From NCBI GenBank assembly GCA_964486045.1, contig CAZALK010000015.1, positions 64,001 through 128,000 of the forward strand: a stretch of DNA of 64,000 nt, written 5' to 3'. The notes beneath the pieces are model-generated. The model ran no database searches, was not told the origin of the DNA, and saw only the letters and a list, made by a program, of their open reading frames with translations. Both the position numbers and the translations under genes were made by a program. The DNA comes from an uncultured archaeon. GTDB lineage: Archaea > Asgardarchaeota > Lokiarchaeia > Sigyniarchaeales > SOKP01. This document shows positions 51,420-61,182 of the stretch, one piece after another. Numbering within the stretch: the stretch's first letter is position 1; each line of letters begins with the position of its first letter.

Positions 51420-52073
51420 ATGGAAGATACTTCTGAAAAAATCCCTAAATACGATTTAACAAAAGAAATATTAAAAGGTTTAGAAGTTCGAGAATTAATG
51501 GAGAAATATCATATAAATACATATGAAACCCTTGAGAACTTGTTTGAAAAATATTATGATACCAGAAAATTGATAGAAGTTCGGACAATACTAATTAAAC
51601 CTGTTTTGGAAAGATCTCTTAAAATGGGTTTAGATCGTGATCAAGCTTTTCAAGCAATTATTGATAGTGGAATTTTCTTTGTTGACAAATTTGATTGGCA
51701 GGATTCATTAATTAATAAATATTGCAAAGATTTATGGGGAAAAACTTATGACCAACTTCGCTTAGATTTTTTTGTCAATCCGTATATCGCATATTTACAA
51801 GATTTAGGTTTTGAAATTGGTGATAGAGCTGACAAGAACACCATTGGTCTTATAGAACTTCTAGTTTTAGAAGGTTTAGGTGAAGTTAGAATTGCAAGAA
51901 AGATCGGTTTGACAACAGAAGACTCGACTAATCAAGAACTAGACAATGCTCGGAAGAGAGTAAGGGCGTTCATTAGAATAAAATGGGGAAAGACAAGAAA
52001 GGAATTATATGAGTTTCTAAAGACAAATTATTTAGGGATCAACATACGTGACACATATATTAATAACTTATAA
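51420..52073 (+). CDS. Hypothetical helical-repeat protein inserted in the ribosomal cluster
   Basis: Recurring KYYDT/LWGKT/KWGKT helical units; possibly a 5'-truncated remnant. Confidence 0.55.
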   Translation: MEDTSEKIPKYDLTKEILKGLEVRELMEKYHINTYETLENLFEKYYDTRKLIEVRTILIKPVLERSLKMGLDRDQAFQAIIDSGIFFVDKFDWQDSLINKYCKDLWGKTYDQLRLDFFVNPYIAYLQDLGFEIGDRADKNTIGLIELLVLEGLGEVRIARKIGLTTEDSTNQELDNARKRVRAFIRIKWGKTRKELYEFLKTNYLGINIRDTYINNL

Positions 52074-52135
52074 AAGTCAATACTCTGTTAGAGTCGTTTT
52101 ATTTTTAAAGTGTAGTAAGTTCTAAGTGATTAACC

Positions 52136-52504
52136 ATGGTGCCTTTTATAATAGACATTGAGCAATCTTATTTTGGAGGGGTGTTCAAACGAGATGTATT
52201 AATCCCTGTTTTAAAAGATTTAAAAGAGCATAATTTACCTCAGGCAATATTTAAGTTCATCCATCTTTTAATTCGAGAATGTAGCCATTCTATTATAAGC
52301 TCTTTTGAGGAGTTATACAAAAAACTAGGTTTTAATGACGTTAATCAATATAGAGAATTTCTGAATTTAATGCTCTCTCATGGGAGAGTGATTCGAGAAC
52401 ATAATCAAGCTAAATCCAATTCAAAAGTCAAAGTAAATCGTTTTGATCTCCAATATCTAGCGGAGAGTTATTTAGATTACCTTGATGAATTCAAAGTTTC
52501 TTAA
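52136..52504 (+). CDS. Hypothetical protein inserted in the ribosomal cluster
   Basis: 122-aa ORF with AGTGA upstream of ATG; no motif recognised. Confidence 0.5.
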   Translation: MVPFIIDIEQSYFGGVFKRDVLIPVLKDLKEHNLPQAIFKFIHLLIRECSHSIISSFEELYKKLGFNDVNQYREFLNLMLSHGRVIREHNQAKSNSKVKVNRFDLQYLAESYLDYLDEFKVS

Positions 52505-52750
52505 ATTTTCCTTTCCCATTTTTATTTAAATGTTGAACTAAGGTAAACTATAGAGCTAGATTTAAATCGAGTCATTTTATTCTTATCATTTTTTTTCTCT
52601 CATATAAATCTTTGGTTTTCCTTCAAATTCAAAAGGAATTATAACTCTTTTTAATAAACTTAAAATTTTATAAGTCCTTTTAAAATTTATCACGCTAAAA
52701 AATATGATTGTAAAAATTATGATGTATAAAAAAACAAATGCTCCGCAGCG

Positions 52751-53551
52751 GTGTTACCAATCCCTCTAGTCAAAAATTTCATTGAGCAGGGAATCAAATT
52801 GATGCAGATCAATGAATATTTGCGATCTGAATTAGTAAGGGCAGGATTTGCAGGAGTGGATGTTCAAAAAACGCCTTTGGGGGTCCGCATTACATTAAGA
52901 ACTAGTAGACCAGGTCTTGTAATTGGAAAGGGTGGAAAGCGCATCCAAGAGATTACGGACGTGCTCCAAGAAAAATTTGATCTAGAAATGCCACAGATTG
53001 AAGTGGAGGAGGTTTCTAACCCAGACCTTAACGCACAAATAATGGCTGAACGATTAGCTTACTCACTTGACAGAGGGCGCCATTATCGTCGAGCAGGTTA
53101 TTACATCCTTAGAAAAATTATGGAATCTGGAGGCGCAACCGGTGCTGAAATTAGGGTTAGTGGTAAGGTAACTTCACAACGTGCAAGGGTTCAAATCTTT
53201 CGAGCCGGTACAATGACAAAGAGTGGCTATCTTTCGCAAGAAGGTATAGATAAAGGTGTGGCGCAATGTATTCAAAAATCAGGGGTACTAGGGATTGTAG
53301 TAAAAATCCAACATACTGGTGTCAAGATAGGAGATGAAGTAAAAATAATGGGAGATCTTCTTTCTAAGGCTCAAGCAGAAGCAGAAGCAAAAATAGCAAA
53401 AACCAAAGCAGAGTATGCTATTGAGGAAGAAGAGGTACTACTATCCGATGAAAGTAAACAAATTATTGATGAAGTTGACGAAGAAGCTATATCTGAGATT
53501 TCTTTAGCTCCCCAAAAAGAAACCGAAGAAGGCGACTCAGAAAAAACATAA
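52751..53551 (+). CDS. rps3: 30S ribosomal protein S3 (uS3)
   Basis: RPGLVIGKGGKRI KH motif, GAEIRVSGK; acidic C-tail; start may be ATC at 52760. Confidence 0.97.
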   Translation: MLPIPLVKNFIEQGIKLMQINEYLRSELVRAGFAGVDVQKTPLGVRITLRTSRPGLVIGKGGKRIQEITDVLQEKFDLEMPQIEVEEVSNPDLNAQIMAERLAYSLDRGRHYRRAGYYILRKIMESGGATGAEIRVSGKVTSQRARVQIFRAGTMTKSGYLSQEGIDKGVAQCIQKSGVLGIVVKIQHTGVKIGDEVKIMGDLLSKAQAEAEAKIAKTKAEYAIEEEEVLLSDESKQIIDEVDEEAISEISLAPQKETEEGDSEKT

Positions 53552-53576
53552 ATTTAGTTAAAAGATGTGATAGTTT

Positions 53577-53780
53577 ATGGGAAATACACTAACTGCTAAG
53601 AAAATACGAGAAATGGATGAGAGAGAAAGAGAGAGAGCTTTATTGAATTTACGCGAGGAAAAAATGATGCTTTATTCTAATCAAACTGGTGGGGGGCTTT
53701 CTGATAACCCAGGTAAAGCTAAAATATTGAGAAAGCAAATCGCAAGAATATTAACTGTAATGAATGAGGAAAGACGATGA
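53577..53780 (+). CDS. rpl29: 50S ribosomal protein L29
   Basis: NPGK...RKQIARILTV; position after S3. Confidence 0.93.
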   Translation: MGNTLTAKKIREMDERERERALLNLREEKMMLYSNQTGGGLSDNPGKAKILRKQIARILTVMNEERR

Positions 53781-54091
53781 TTAATTCTAAATTTCTAATA
53801 TATCATGATTTAGTTGGAGTTCAAGCTTATATCAAACTTAAATCTAAAAAGAATAATAGTAAATTCTCTTATATTGGTGTAGTTATTGATGAAACACGAA
53901 ATATGCTAATTTCGGAGAAAGACAATAAAGTTAAAAAATATATTAAAAAAGATTACATATTTCGATTTAAAATTATAGATTTCAAGAATAGGGAAGAAGA
54001 TCTTTGTGTCGAAGTCCAGGGTAACAAGATTGTGGGACTTCCTGTGAATAGGTTGAGAAGTTTAAAAAAAAGGAGATGGTTTAAGAGATGA
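53777..54091 (+). CDS. rnp1: RNase P protein component 1 (Rpp29/Pop4)
   Basis: HDLVG, GVVIDETRNM, G..IVGLP..R; conserved position. Confidence 0.9.
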   Translation: MINSKFLIYHDLVGVQAYIKLKSKKNNSKFSYIGVVIDETRNMLISEKDNKVKKYIKKDYIFRFKIIDFKNREEDLCVEVQGNKIVGLPVNRLRSLKKRRWFKR

Positions 54092-54441
54092 GTAGAAATA
54101 TCGGGATCCCTGGTGTGATTCCACCTAAACTAAAAGCTGAAGATTGTAATGATCAATCTTGTCCTTTTCATGGGAATACAAGAATAAGAGGAAAAGTTAC
54201 ACAAGGTGTCGTTGTAAGTAAGAAATCTAAAAATTCAGTCATAATTAGGAGAGATTATGTTAGATTTATTAAAAAATATCAAAGATATGAACGTCGCAAT
54301 ACAAGACTTGCATGTCACTTACCAGAATGTTTGGTCCATGAGGTTGCTATCGGAGATCTTATAAAAGTTGGAGAATCTCGAAAAATTTCGAAGACAAAGG
54401 CTTTTATTGTGTTAGGTAAAATATCAACAGGAGGAGTTTAA
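54088..54441 (+). CDS. rps17: 30S ribosomal protein S17
   Basis: CPFHG..RIRG, KYQRYERR, RKISKTK. Confidence 0.97.
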   Translation: MSRNIGIPGVIPPKLKAEDCNDQSCPFHGNTRIRGKVTQGVVVSKKSKNSVIIRRDYVRFIKKYQRYERRNTRLACHLPECLVHEVAIGDLIKVGESRKISKTKAFIVLGKISTGGV

Positions 54442-54867
54442 ATGGGAACAAGGCGTAAAATGGGTCAGAAAGGAGTTATAAGACGTAGAACTAGTTATGG
54501 ATTATGTAACGGCTCAAAAATTAAGATAGCAGATAACTCCGGAGCAAAAATAGCCCAAATAATTAATGTAGATCATTTCAATACCAGGCTTCGGAGGTTG
54601 CCTAAAGCCACGGTTGGGAGTATTTGCACGGTCACGATCAAAAAAGGAAAGCCGGAAATGCGTGGAAATATTATGAAAGCAGTAATAGTTAGACAGAAGA
54701 TGATTATTCGACGAATAGATGGCACACGATTAAGTTTTGAGGATAATGCAGGGGTTTTGATAACTAAAGAAGGAGATCCTAAAGGAACTGAAGTGAGAGG
54801 GCCCATTGCTCGAGAAGCAGCAGAATTATTTCCTAGGTTGGCATCAATATCATCAGTAATAATTTAA
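54442..54867 (+). CDS. rpl14: 50S ribosomal protein L14
   Basis: ADNSGAK, FEDNAGV, GPIAREAAE. Confidence 0.97.
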   Translation: MGTRRKMGQKGVIRRRTSYGLCNGSKIKIADNSGAKIAQIINVDHFNTRLRRLPKATVGSICTVTIKKGKPEMRGNIMKAVIVRQKMIIRRIDGTRLSFEDNAGVLITKEGDPKGTEVRGPIAREAAELFPRLASISSVII

Positions 54868-54890
54868 TGTTCAAAAAAGAGGAGTAGAAA

Positions 54891-55319
54891 ATGAAAATAA
54901 AGAGCAGACAGCCTCGTAAGCAAAGAAAAGCGCTATTTAATTATGGGAATCACCAAAGATCAAAATTGTTCACTACAAGGGTAGCTGATTTCGTTCGTGA
55001 TGAGTATGGAATAAAAAAGCTTCCCATTAGAGTAGGTGACAATGTTCGAATAACAAAAGGGGAGTATAAGGACTTTGAAGGGGAAGTATTAGAGGTTACG
55101 AAGAATTTAAGATGTAAGATAAAGGAGGCCCAATTCGAGAAAACTGATGGGACCCAATTCCATCCTGCTATACATATCTCGAACTTAATTATTACAAAGT
55201 TTACTAAAGAAAAAAAAATGGATCCCTGGCGAGCCAAAATTATTGAAAGAAAAGCTTTGTATGGTTTTTATGATGAAGAATTAAAAGGCCCAAAGAAGGA
55301 AATGGAGGAGGAAAAATAA
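54891..55319 (+). CDS. rpl24: 50S ribosomal protein L24
   Basis: SRQPRKQRK, PIRVGDNV KOW, IHISNL. Confidence 0.96.
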   Translation: MKIKSRQPRKQRKALFNYGNHQRSKLFTTRVADFVRDEYGIKKLPIRVGDNVRITKGEYKDFEGEVLEVTKNLRCKIKEAQFEKTDGTQFHPAIHISNLIITKFTKEKKMDPWRAKIIERKALYGFYDEELKGPKKEMEEEK

Positions 55320-55322
55320 ATC

Positions 55323-56078
55323 ATGACAAGACATGGCGGCCAAAAATCACTTAAAAGACTTAATACTCCGGCTTTTTTACAGATTAAAAGGAAGCATGGA
55401 AAGTTTTTCGTTAAACCATCAGCTGGTCCTCATCCAAATAAATTATGTTTACCCTTACTCCATATTGTTAGAGATCTTCTCAAAATTGTGGGTGACCATA
55501 GAGAAGCAAAAAAACTAATTGGATTAGGATATATGAAGGTCGATGGAAAGGTAGTGAGAGACACAGGTTATCCAATCGGATTGATGGATGTACTCTCAAT
55601 TGAAAAAATGAATAAATATTATCGAATATTACCCGATTCTCATCATGGGTTAATCTTGCATGAAATTTCAAAGGAAGAGAGTTCTTTTAAATTATGCAGG
55701 ATAAATAACAAAACTAGTATAAAAGGTGGTAATATTCAACTAAATCTTCATGATGGAAGAAATATTTTAGTTTTAGTGAATGACCCAAGAAGCCCAAAGG
55801 AAGATATTTACAAACATATGGATGTCTTGAAAATTTCAATCCCAGAACAGGAAATATTAAAAGTATTGAAATTTAACGAGAATAAGTTAGCAATTATCAT
55901 TTCTGGGAAAAATATTGGGCAAGTAGGGAAAATTATAACAATTCTAAAAAGATTTGGTCCTAAAGCAAGTACGGTCTCTATTCAGCATAATGGGGATCAT
56001 ACAGAGACTTTATACGACTATACTTTTATTATTGGAGAAGAACAATCAGAAATTAAATTACCAAAGATTGAAAATTAA
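55323..56078 (+). CDS. rps4e: 30S ribosomal protein S4e
   Basis: LKRL, PSAGPH, VDGKV, PIGLMDV, LHDGRN. Confidence 0.97.
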   Translation: MTRHGGQKSLKRLNTPAFLQIKRKHGKFFVKPSAGPHPNKLCLPLLHIVRDLLKIVGDHREAKKLIGLGYMKVDGKVVRDTGYPIGLMDVLSIEKMNKYYRILPDSHHGLILHEISKEESSFKLCRINNKTSIKGGNIQLNLHDGRNILVLVNDPRSPKEDIYKHMDVLKISIPEQEILKVLKFNENKLAIIISGKNIGQVGKIITILKRFGPKASTVSIQHNGDHTETLYDYTFIIGEEQSEIKLPKIEN

Positions 56079-56098
56079 TAACCTAATTAAGGAATAAA

Positions 56099-56692
56099 AT
56101 GTCAGCCAAAACCAAAAAGAAAACATCAAGCGCTCAATCGAAAGATTTTGATGAAAAGTGGAAAAATCCAATGAAAAAACCCTTTTTAGAGAAGATTGTA
56201 TTAAATATAGGGGTCGGAGGCGGTGGAGAAGAATTAGAAAAAGCAGTAGGGGTTTTACAACAAATTACAGGGCAAGGTCCTATTAAAACACTGTCGAAGG
56301 TAAATGTAAAAGAGTTCAATCTAAGAAAAGGGCGCCCAATCGGCTGTAAAATCACAATTCGAGGTAATAAAGCAGAAAGGTTGTTAAAACGATTATTGAT
56401 TGTTAACAATAACAAAATTTTGAGAAAAAGTTTTGATAATTTTGGGAATTTTGCTTTTGGTATCGATGAACATATTAAAATCCCACAAACTGAATATGAA
56501 GCAAGCATCGGATTATGGGGCTTGGATGTGTGTGGAAGAATAACTAGACCTGGGATGAAGGTGAAATTTAGAAGAAAAGCAAGGTCAAGGATTTCAAAAC
56601 ATCATTATGTATCACGTATGGAAGCCCAATATTTTTTACAGCAAAATTTTGGAGTTGATATTGTCAAAAATTTGGATTTAGAATATATTTAA
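56099..56692 (+). CDS. rpl5: 50S ribosomal protein L5
   Basis: NPM...EKIVLNIGVG, FDNFGNFAFGIDEHI. Confidence 0.97.
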   Translation: MSAKTKKKTSSAQSKDFDEKWKNPMKKPFLEKIVLNIGVGGGGEELEKAVGVLQQITGQGPIKTLSKVNVKEFNLRKGRPIGCKITIRGNKAERLLKRLLIVNNNKILRKSFDNFGNFAFGIDEHIKIPQTEYEASIGLWGLDVCGRITRPGMKVKFRRKARSRISKHHYVSRMEAQYFLQQNFGVDIVKNLDLEYI

Positions 56693-56710
56693 TGATTTTA
56701 GGTGAAAAAA

Positions 56711-56860
56711 ATACCACAAGGAAAGCGTTACGGTAAAGGACAGAGAAAATGTAGGCGTTGTCAAACACATAGGGGAATAATTCGACGTTATGGGTTATAT
56801 ATTTGCCGTAGATGCTTCTACGAGATTGGAAAAGACATAGGATTCAAGAGATTTGAATAA
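56711..56860 (+). CDS. rps14: 30S ribosomal protein S14 (Zn-binding), absent from the ORF track
   Basis: (M)[48 protein letters not shown]; ATA start after AGGTGA, or in-frame GTG at 56702. Confidence 0.95.
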   Translation: MPQGKRYGKGQRKCRRCQTHRGIIRRYGLYICRRCFYEIGKDIGFKRFE

Positions 56861-56891
56861 AACTTGTGTTTATAGTTAAAAGTGATAGAAA

Positions 56892-57275
56892 ATGGTAAAT
56901 ACCTTAGCAGATGCATGTTGTGCACTTAAAAATGCAGAAGGAGCTCGTAAGAAAGAAGTTGTGATAACCCCAGCTTCTAAAGTTATTCAGCAAATTCTTC
57001 GAATCTTTCAAAAACATGCCTACATTGGAGAGTTTGAAAGATACGATGATGGACGTCAAGGAAAATTCAAAATTGCCTTACTAGGTAGAATTAATGAATG
57101 TGCCGGTTTATTAAGGTTGAATTATAGAACTAATCAATTTGACACTCTAGAAAGAAGATTATTGCCCGCTCCTGGTTTAGGTCTAATAGTATTAACTACA
57201 AATGAAGGTATAATGACTATGAAAGAGTCAGAAGAAAAACACATTGGAGGACATGCATTGTGTTATATCTACTAA
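56892..57275 (+). CDS. rps8: 30S ribosomal protein S8
   Basis: YIGEFE..DDGRQGK, LLGRINEC, TTNEGIM. Confidence 0.97.
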   Translation: MVNTLADACCALKNAEGARKKEVVITPASKVIQQILRIFQKHAYIGEFERYDDGRQGKFKIALLGRINECAGLLRLNYRTNQFDTLERRLLPAPGLGLIVLTTNEGIMTMKESEEKHIGGHALCYIY

Positions 57276-57298
57276 TCCCTACATGAGGTAACTAAAAG

Positions 57299-57877
57299 AT
57301 GGTAAAGATAGCATTCTTTAAAGAAGAACTGGAGATTCCTGATGGTGTTAAAGTTTCTTTAGAAGGTGGGCATCATATAAGGGTTAAAGGACAAAACGGC
57401 GATATCACAAAAGATTTTTCTCATATAAGGGGAATAAAAGTTGCAATTAAAGATAAAAGAGTTAATTTCTCAACTAATTTCCCGAAAAGTGGCACTTTAG
57501 CATTAATAAAAACTATTGTAAGTATTGTAAACAATCTGATCATTGGAGTTCAGACAAATTATCAATATGTTTCAAAGATTGCTTATTCTCATTTCCCATG
57601 TAGCGTAAGAGTTGATGAAAAAAAACAATATATTTACGTTGAAAATTTTTTAGGAGAAAGAGCTCCTCGAGTCGCAAAATATCCAGATAATGTAAAAGTG
57701 GAAATAAAAGGAGAGGATGTCTATTTTATCGGACCAGATAAAGAAGCTCTTGGCCAAACTGCCGCAAATGTTAAAACAGCTTGTCGAATAAGAAAAAAAG
57801 ACCCAAGGGTTTTCCAAGATGGTGTCTATTTATTTAAAAAACAAGTAGGACAAGAAGTTATCTGGGAAATTGAATAA
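57299..57877 (+). CDS. rpl6: 50S ribosomal protein L6
   Basis: YSHFP, NFLGERAPR, DPRVFQDGVY. Confidence 0.97.
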   Translation: MVKIAFFKEELEIPDGVKVSLEGGHHIRVKGQNGDITKDFSHIRGIKVAIKDKRVNFSTNFPKSGTLALIKTIVSIVNNLIIGVQTNYQYVSKIAYSHFPCSVRVDEKKQYIYVENFLGERAPRVAKYPDNVKVEIKGEDVYFIGPDKEALGQTAANVKTACRIRKKDPRVFQDGVYLFKKQVGQEVIWEIE

Positions 57878-57892
57878 AATAGGGAAAATATC

Positions 57893-58375
57893 ATGGTGCA
57901 AGATAAAAGATTGATGGAACTAAGAAAAAAGATTAATAAGAACAGACCTTCTTTCAGAAGAGTTGAATCTTGGAGGTATAAGAGAGTAAAAGATTCCTGG
58001 AGAAAAGCCAGAGGTATTGACTCAAAAACAAGGAAGAAAAAAAAACTAGGTGTTAAGTCTCCAACAATTGGGTATAGAGGACCAAAAAAAGTGAGAGGAT
58101 TACATCCCTCTGGGTATATAGAAGTAAGAATTACTACACCAAAGGATTTACAAAATTTAAGCAAGAAAAGGCACGTTGTTAAAATTTCAGGAAAATTGGG
58201 TGCAAGAAAACGTATAGTTTTAACAGATTATTGTCAAAAGAGAGGATTTAAAATATTAAATCTTGGAATTTCCCGAAGAGAAATTGAAATGTTAGAAGAA
58301 ATGGCAGAAGCTCCTATCGCTGATTTTGAAGATGATGAATTAGAAGATTCTCTAGAAATGGAGAAAGAAGAATAG
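57893..58375 (+). CDS. rpl32e: 50S ribosomal protein L32e
   Basis: WRKARGIDSK, RGLHPSG. Confidence 0.96.
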   Translation: MVQDKRLMELRKKINKNRPSFRRVESWRYKRVKDSWRKARGIDSKTRKKKKLGVKSPTIGYRGPKKVRGLHPSGYIEVRITTPKDLQNLSKKRHVVKISGKLGARKRIVLTDYCQKRGFKILNLGISRREIEMLEEMAEAPIADFEDDELEDSLEMEKEE

Positions 58376-58392
58376 ATTAGAGGTATATAAAG

Positions 58393-58848
58393 ATGAATTT
58401 AACACCACAGAAAAGGATGGCTGCTGAGATTCTCAAGTGTGGAGAGAATAGAGTTTATTTTGATCCTTTTTTAATTGAAGATATTTCACTTGCGATAACA
58501 CGTGAAGATATTCGGAATTTGATAAAACAAGGAGTAATTCAAAAAAAATATAAAAAAGGAAATTCAAAGCGTAGAAAAAATATTCGCCATGAGAGAAAGA
58601 AAAAAGGAAGAGCGAGAGGTTTTGGAAAAAGAAAAGGAACAAAACACGCTAGAACTCCAAAAAAAAGAGCATGGATAAGGCGAATTCGTCCACAAAGAAG
58701 AGAATTGAAAAAATTAAGAGATAGAAAATTGATCACAACCGCTAATTATCGAAAATTGTATAAAAATGCAAAAGGCGGAATGTTCGCTAGTGTTGCTCAA
58801 TTAAATCGTCATATTAAAGAAAAAGATTTAATAAAAAGAGGCAGGTAA
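58393..58848 (+). CDS. rpl19e: 50S ribosomal protein L19e
   Basis: QKRMAAEILKCG, AITREDIR, AKGGMF. Confidence 0.97.
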   Translation: MNLTPQKRMAAEILKCGENRVYFDPFLIEDISLAITREDIRNLIKQGVIQKKYKKGNSKRRKNIRHERKKKGRARGFGKRKGTKHARTPKKRAWIRRIRPQRRELKKLRDRKLITTANYRKLYKNAKGGMFASVAQLNRHIKEKDLIKRGR

Positions 58849-58851
58849 AAT

Positions 58852-59445
58852 ATGGCAAGAGGTCCAAGATACAGAAGACCATTTCGAAGAAGATTTGAAG
58901 GGAAAACTGATTATCATAAAAGATTAAAACTATTGAAATCGAGAAAATTGAGAGTTGTGATAAGAAGCTCCAATAATCATATGAGAGTTCAAATTGTTCA
59001 ATCTAAGTTAGGTGGTGATAAAGTTCTGATCTCTGCATTTTCAAAAGAACTTGCTTTAAAATATGGATGGATTGCTAATACTGGAAATATTCCTGCATCT
59101 TATTTGACAGGTTACCTGGCAGGATTACGAGCAAAGAAAAACAATATTCAAGAAGCTATATTTGATCTGGGTATGATCTATAATAAAAATCGCGTGCTGG
59201 CTACGTGTAAAGGTGTTGTAGATGCTGGTATTCAAATTCCTTATAATGAGGAATTCTTTCCAAAGGGCTTGGAAGAGAGAATAAAAGGTAATCATATCGA
59301 AAGTTATGCTACAAATTTAAAATCAGAAGATCCAGAAAAATATGAACAAGTATTTTCGGGATATTTGAAAGTTAAAAATGTAGATCCGATGAAAATTAGT
59401 AAAATTTTTTCAGATTCATTAAAAAAAATAGAAAATGAGGCTTAA
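58852..59445 (+). CDS. rpl18: 50S ribosomal protein L18
   Basis: RRRFEGKTDY, GNIPASYLTG. Confidence 0.97.
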   Translation: MARGPRYRRPFRRRFEGKTDYHKRLKLLKSRKLRVVIRSSNNHMRVQIVQSKLGGDKVLISAFSKELALKYGWIANTGNIPASYLTGYLAGLRAKKNNIQEAIFDLGMIYNKNRVLATCKGVVDAGIQIPYNEEFFPKGLEERIKGNHIESYATNLKSEDPEKYEQVFSGYLKVKNVDPMKISKIFSDSLKKIENEA

Positions 59446-59459
59446 AATAAGGGATAAGA

Positions 59460-60074
59460 ATGAGTCGTTTACGAGATATGGATGAGCAATGGGTCCCAAA
59501 AACCAAGCTTGGAGAATTAGTTCAGCAAGGACTAATTACTTTGGATAAGATTTTCCAAAATAATTTAATAGTGAAGGAAAAAGAAATAATGAATGTTCTT
59601 TTACCACAGCTAAAAGAAACAGTAGTTACGATCAAAATGGTACAGTTGATGACTGCTAGCGGGCAGCGTAGTAAATTCAAAGCGGTTGTGCTTGTTGGAA
59701 CCGATGGATTTATAGGAACCGGCTCAGCTAAGTCGAGAGAGGTTGGTCCCGCTATAAGAAAAGCAATAGATAAGGCGAAACTCTCTGTAGTTCCCGTTTT
59801 CAGGGGTTGTGGAAGCAAAGAATGCGGATGTGGTGGCACCCATAGTATCCCCTTTAAAGTTAAAGGTAAATGTGGTTCAGTACGTATCAGACTTATACCC
59901 GCTCCTGCTGGTGTAGGCCTAGCTTGTGCTGATAAAGTTAAAGACGTGTTAAGATTATGCGGAATTGAAGATATTTGGAGTAAGACCTTTGGTGATACAA
60001 GAACTAGTGAAAACCTTGTAAAGGCGACTTTTGATGCCTTAAAAAATGCGCATAAATATAATTTTAATCTATAA
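59460..60074 (+). CDS. rps5: 30S ribosomal protein S5
   Basis: WVPKTKLG, GKCGSVRIRLIPAP, ATFDAL. Confidence 0.97.
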   Translation: MSRLRDMDEQWVPKTKLGELVQQGLITLDKIFQNNLIVKEKEIMNVLLPQLKETVVTIKMVQLMTASGQRSKFKAVVLVGTDGFIGTGSAKSREVGPAIRKAIDKAKLSVVPVFRGCGSKECGCGGTHSIPFKVKGKCGSVRIRLIPAPAGVGLACADKVKDVLRLCGIEDIWSKTFGDTRTSENLVKATFDALKNAHKYNFNL

Positions 60075-60093
60075 GAAACAAAGTGGTGTATAC

Positions 60094-60618
60094 ATGACGA
60101 TGGTAAAAAAGAATATCAAGTCAAAAGAAACTGAATATGTTCCCAAGCTTTATTTCGCAATTCGCCTAAGAGGAGCACCAGGTATGAGAGGGACAATTCT
60201 TGATACTCTTAAAATGCTTAGAATGCATAAGGTAAATCATGGAGTCCTTATTTGGGGTACAAAAAGCTTTAAAGGAATGCTTGTGAAATGTAAAGACTAT
60301 ATCTCTTATGGAGAGATTGATGACAAGACTTTAGTAAGACTTTTAAGAGTTAGAGGAAAAATAGAAGGAAATAAAGCACTTACAAAGGAATCTTTAAGGC
60401 TTTTAACCGAATATAAAACTTTTAAAGAACTTTCAAAGGCATTACTTAATGGAGAAATACAATTACGAGAAAAAGATTTAAATAAAATTAAACCTGTATT
60501 CCGCTTGCATCCTCCTAGAAAAGGACATAGAGGAACGATAAAAAGACATTATGGTGAAGGAGGAATTTTAGGTTATGTCGGTGCTTATATCAATCAGATA
60601 ATCCCTAAAATGGTATAG
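60094..60618 (+). CDS. rpl30: 50S ribosomal protein L30 (uL30)
   Basis: AIRLRG, DTLKMLR, FRLHPPRKG; ATG at 60094 after GGTG. Confidence 0.95.
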   Translation: MTMVKKNIKSKETEYVPKLYFAIRLRGAPGMRGTILDTLKMLRMHKVNHGVLIWGTKSFKGMLVKCKDYISYGEIDDKTLVRLLRVRGKIEGNKALTKESLRLLTEYKTFKELSKALLNGEIQLREKDLNKIKPVFRLHPPRKGHRGTIKRHYGEGGILGYVGAYINQIIPKMV

Positions 60619-60636
60619 TAAGAAGGTGAATCATAA

Positions 60637-61116
60637 ATGAGAAAATTTCCAAGAAAAGTACTCAAAATGAGAGGTAGTAGAACCCATGGGTATGGTGTAG
60701 TAGGTCAGCATAGGAAAACAGGGCAGCGTGCGGGGAGAGGAAAAACTACTCAATGGAAAAAGAGTAAGAAAAGTTATTATCTTAAACAAAAAGAATTAGG
60801 TTTTCCGGATCCTGATTGGGATATGGGAAAAAAAGGTTTTAAAAGACCTCAAGATATCAACCGAATCTATCAAGTAAATACCATGAATGTAAAAGATCTT
60901 GATCTAAAAATTGATAATTTCGTTCTGGATAAAAAAGCAACAAAATCAGGTAACTCTTACAGCATTAATTTGAATGAGTTTAATATTCAAAAACTTTTGG
61001 GGAACGGAGAAATCAATAGAACGATTAATATATCCGTGAACAAAGCCTCAAAAAGAGCCATTGAGAAAATTGAGGCTGCTGGGGGAAAGATAACTTTAAT
61101 CTCAAACACTAAATAA
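60637..61116 (+). CDS. rpl15: 50S ribosomal protein L15
   Basis: RGSRTHGYG, GKKGFKRP, KLLGNG, EKIEAAGG. Confidence 0.97.
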   Translation: MRKFPRKVLKMRGSRTHGYGVVGQHRKTGQRAGRGKTTQWKKSKKSYYLKQKELGFPDPDWDMGKKGFKRPQDINRIYQVNTMNVKDLDLKIDNFVLDKKATKSGNSYSINLNEFNIQKLLGNGEINRTINISVNKASKRAIEKIEAAGGKITLISNTK

Positions 61117-61182
61117 GGTATCAAACCTACTGTTTCTTTTAAATATTATTTATCGGTTTAAATTTCTAAAGAAGATAAAAAA

